A DNA stretch of 64,000 nt from Octopus sinensis (Eukaryota): NCBI RefSeq assembly GCF_006345805.1, contig NC_043001.1, positions 13,950,001 through 14,014,000 of the forward strand, read 5' to 3'. Within the stretch, counting starts at the first letter, position 1. Each line of letters starts with the position of its first letter. Below the pieces are notes generated by a model. The model did not search any database. It worked only from the letters and a program-made list of their open reading frames with translations, and was not told the origin of the DNA. Positions 61,747-64,000 of this stretch are shown here, piece by piece. Both the position numbers and the translations under genes were made by a program.

Positions 61747-62140
61747 TAGCAGTATCGCCCGGCGTTGCTCGGGTTTGTAAGGGAAATAACTATAAAGCAT
61801 TTTTAGAGATTTATAGCCAAAAAGTAACAAATAAATGCATTAAAATGGAAAAAAATTATGATAATTTTTTTTTAAATCGTTGACTCATCGTAGACATTTT
61901 TAGAGAGTTACTTCCCTTATATAATAGCGAAAAAAATGCATTAAAATGGAAAAAAATGATGGTAAATTATTTTTAAAATCGTAGACTCATCGTAGACGCG
62001 CGCTAATACGCAGAAGGGCTCGATATGAATCACGACTATAAGATACCCGGTTTTGGTTAAACTGCACCGCAAAATGTGGGAGTAGTTAGGAATCTAAATC
62101 GTAGGAGACAGACACACAACTTCACTCTTATATATAAAGA
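61746..62140 (-). mobile_element. Non-autonomous Helitron (copy 1 of a tandem duplication)
   Basis: A|TC...hairpin...CTAG|T. Confidence 0.85.
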
Positions 62141-62143
62141 TAT

Positions 62144-62363
62144 TCTTTTACTCTTTTGCTTGTTTCAGTCATTTGACGGGGTCATGCTGGAGCACCGCCT
62201 TTAGTCGAGCAAATCGACCCCAGGACTTATTCTTTGTAAGCCTAGTACTTAATTTATCGCTATCTTTTGCCAAACCGCTAAGTTACGGGAACGTAAACAC
62301 ACCAGCATCGGCTGTCAAGCGATGTTGGGAGGAAAAATACACACACACACACACATACATTCA

Positions 62364-62431
<68 letters not shown>

Positions 62432-63057
62432 TAGCAGTATCGCCCGGCGTTGCTCGGGTTTGTAAGGGAAATAACTATAAAGCATTTTTAGAGATTTATA
62501 GCCAAAAAGTAACAAATAAATGCATTAAAATGGAAAAAAATTATGATAATTTTTTTTTAAATCGTTGACTCATCGTAGACATTTTTAGAGAGTTACTTCC
62601 CTTATATAATAGCGAAAAAAATGCATTAAAATGGAAAAAAATGATGGTAAATTATTTTTAAAATCGTAGACTCATCGTAGACGCGCGCTAATACGCAGAA
62701 GGGCTCGATATGAATCACGACTATAAGATACCCGGTTTTGGTTAAACTGCACCGCAAAATGTGGGAGTAGTTAGGAATCTAAATCGTAGGAGACAGACAC
62801 ACAACTTCACTCTTATATATAAAGATATTCTTTTACTCTTTTGCTTGTTTCAGTCATTTGACGGGGTCATGCTGGAGCACCGCCTTTAGTCGAGCAAATC
62901 GACCCCAGGACTTATTCTTTGTAAGCCTAGTACTTAATTTATCGCTATCTTTTGCCAAACCGCTAAGTTACGGGAACGTAAACACACCAGCATCGGCTGT
63001 CAAGCGATGTTGGGAGGAAAAATACACACACACACACACATACATTCATGCATAAAG

Positions 63058-63100
<43 letters not shown>

Positions 63101-63262
63101 CGACGGGCTTCTTTCAGTTTCCGTCAACCAAATCCACTCACAAGGCTTTGGTCGACCCGAGGCTATAGCAGAAGACACTCGCCCAAGATGCCACGCAGTG
63201 GGACTGAACCCGGAACCATGTGGTTGGTAAGCAAGCTACTTACCATACAGCCACTCCTGCGC
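62144..63262 (-). mobile_element. SINE family 2 with duplicated 3' half (62144-62345 and 62829-63030); head at about 63100-63262
   Basis: Identical translated segments in the ORF track at 62173 and 62858. Confidence 0.8.
62431..62825 (-). mobile_element. Non-autonomous Helitron (copy 2, offset 685 bp)
   Basis: Appears identical to copy 1. Confidence 0.85.
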
Positions 63263-63482
63263 CCGTACAAAAAAAAAGAGGAAACAGCTGTTCGTGCATT
63301 CGAACTGTCGGTGGAATCTTCGTGTCCAACTGAATACCTTCTTTGACTATCAACGAACAGACTGTGTAGAAACTCACTAAAGTAAACTAGATACACAACT
63401 TTCATATTTAACACTTTGTTGGTATATAGTTTAAAATTTCCTGTGTTTCAACAGTGTGTTATTTCATTGCTATAATGTACTA

Positions 63483-63864
63483 TGGATGGAAGCACTCCGT
63501 CGGTTACGACGACGAGGGTTCCGGTTGATCCGAATCAACGGAACAGCCTGCTCGTGAAATTAACGTGTAAGTGGCTGAGCACTCCACAGACCCTTAACGT
63601 AGTTCTCGGGGATATTCAGCGTGACACAGAGAGTGACAAGGCCGGCCCTTTGAAATACAGGTACAACAAAAACAGGAAGTAAGAGTGAGAGAAAGTTGTG
63701 GTGAAAGAGTACAGCAGGGATCACCACCATCCCCTGCCGGAGCCTCGTGGAGCTTCTAGGTGTTTTCGCTCAATAAACACTCACAACGCCCGGTCTGGGA
63801 ATCGAAACCGCGATCCTACGACCGCGAGTCCGCTGCCCTAACCACTGGGCCATTGCGCCTCCAC
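63483..63864 (-). mobile_element. SINE family 3 (tRNA-Arg-like head)
   Basis: 11-bp TSD ATAATGTACTA at 63472-63482 and 63865-63875. Confidence 0.9.
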
Positions 63865-64000
63865 ATAATGTACTACAATCCTGGGTATTATGATGATTGT
63901 AAGCAATGAGTCTCAGATAGAAAAGAAAAGGAACCGATGCATGTACGTTTTGAATTTTGTTGACATTTCCGTCCGTAACTGTATGCCCTCTTTAACTCTC

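Noticed and set aside
63270-63414. Possible minus-strand exon (FVDSQRRYSVGHEDSTDSS)
   Set aside because: Low-information peptide running into a SINE head; splice signals are no better than chance

Overview
Repeat-dense, AT-rich eukaryotic DNA, inferred to be an octopus from its SINE families and very long TA/TG/GATA microsatellites. I found no host protein-coding gene, rRNA, true tRNA or CRISPR array. The window is a layered mosaic of mobile elements: a near full-length Tx1/L1-clade LINE (2041-7365), a near full-length CR1-clade LINE (about 29.0-33.0 kb) plus fragments, three R4/Dong fragments in (TAA)n, RTE and Ty3/Gypsy remnants, four tRNA-derived SINE families, non-autonomous Helitrons, a MITE, many fold-back elements and minisatellites. 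The most striking result is an apparent self-targeting LINE/SINE system. The Tx1 LINE sits inside a SINE with nested target-site duplications (TSDs) at the motif (C/G)GTATTTCGTCTG and shares its 3' stem-loop tail with that SINE family. Tail-sharing SINE copies abut the same motif at five more junctions, one of which grew into a 17 x 114 bp array. The second highlight is palindromic Penelope-type elements carrying minimal hammerhead ribozyme motifs on both strands. All calls come from reading the sequence by eye; family names are motif-based and no database search was run.
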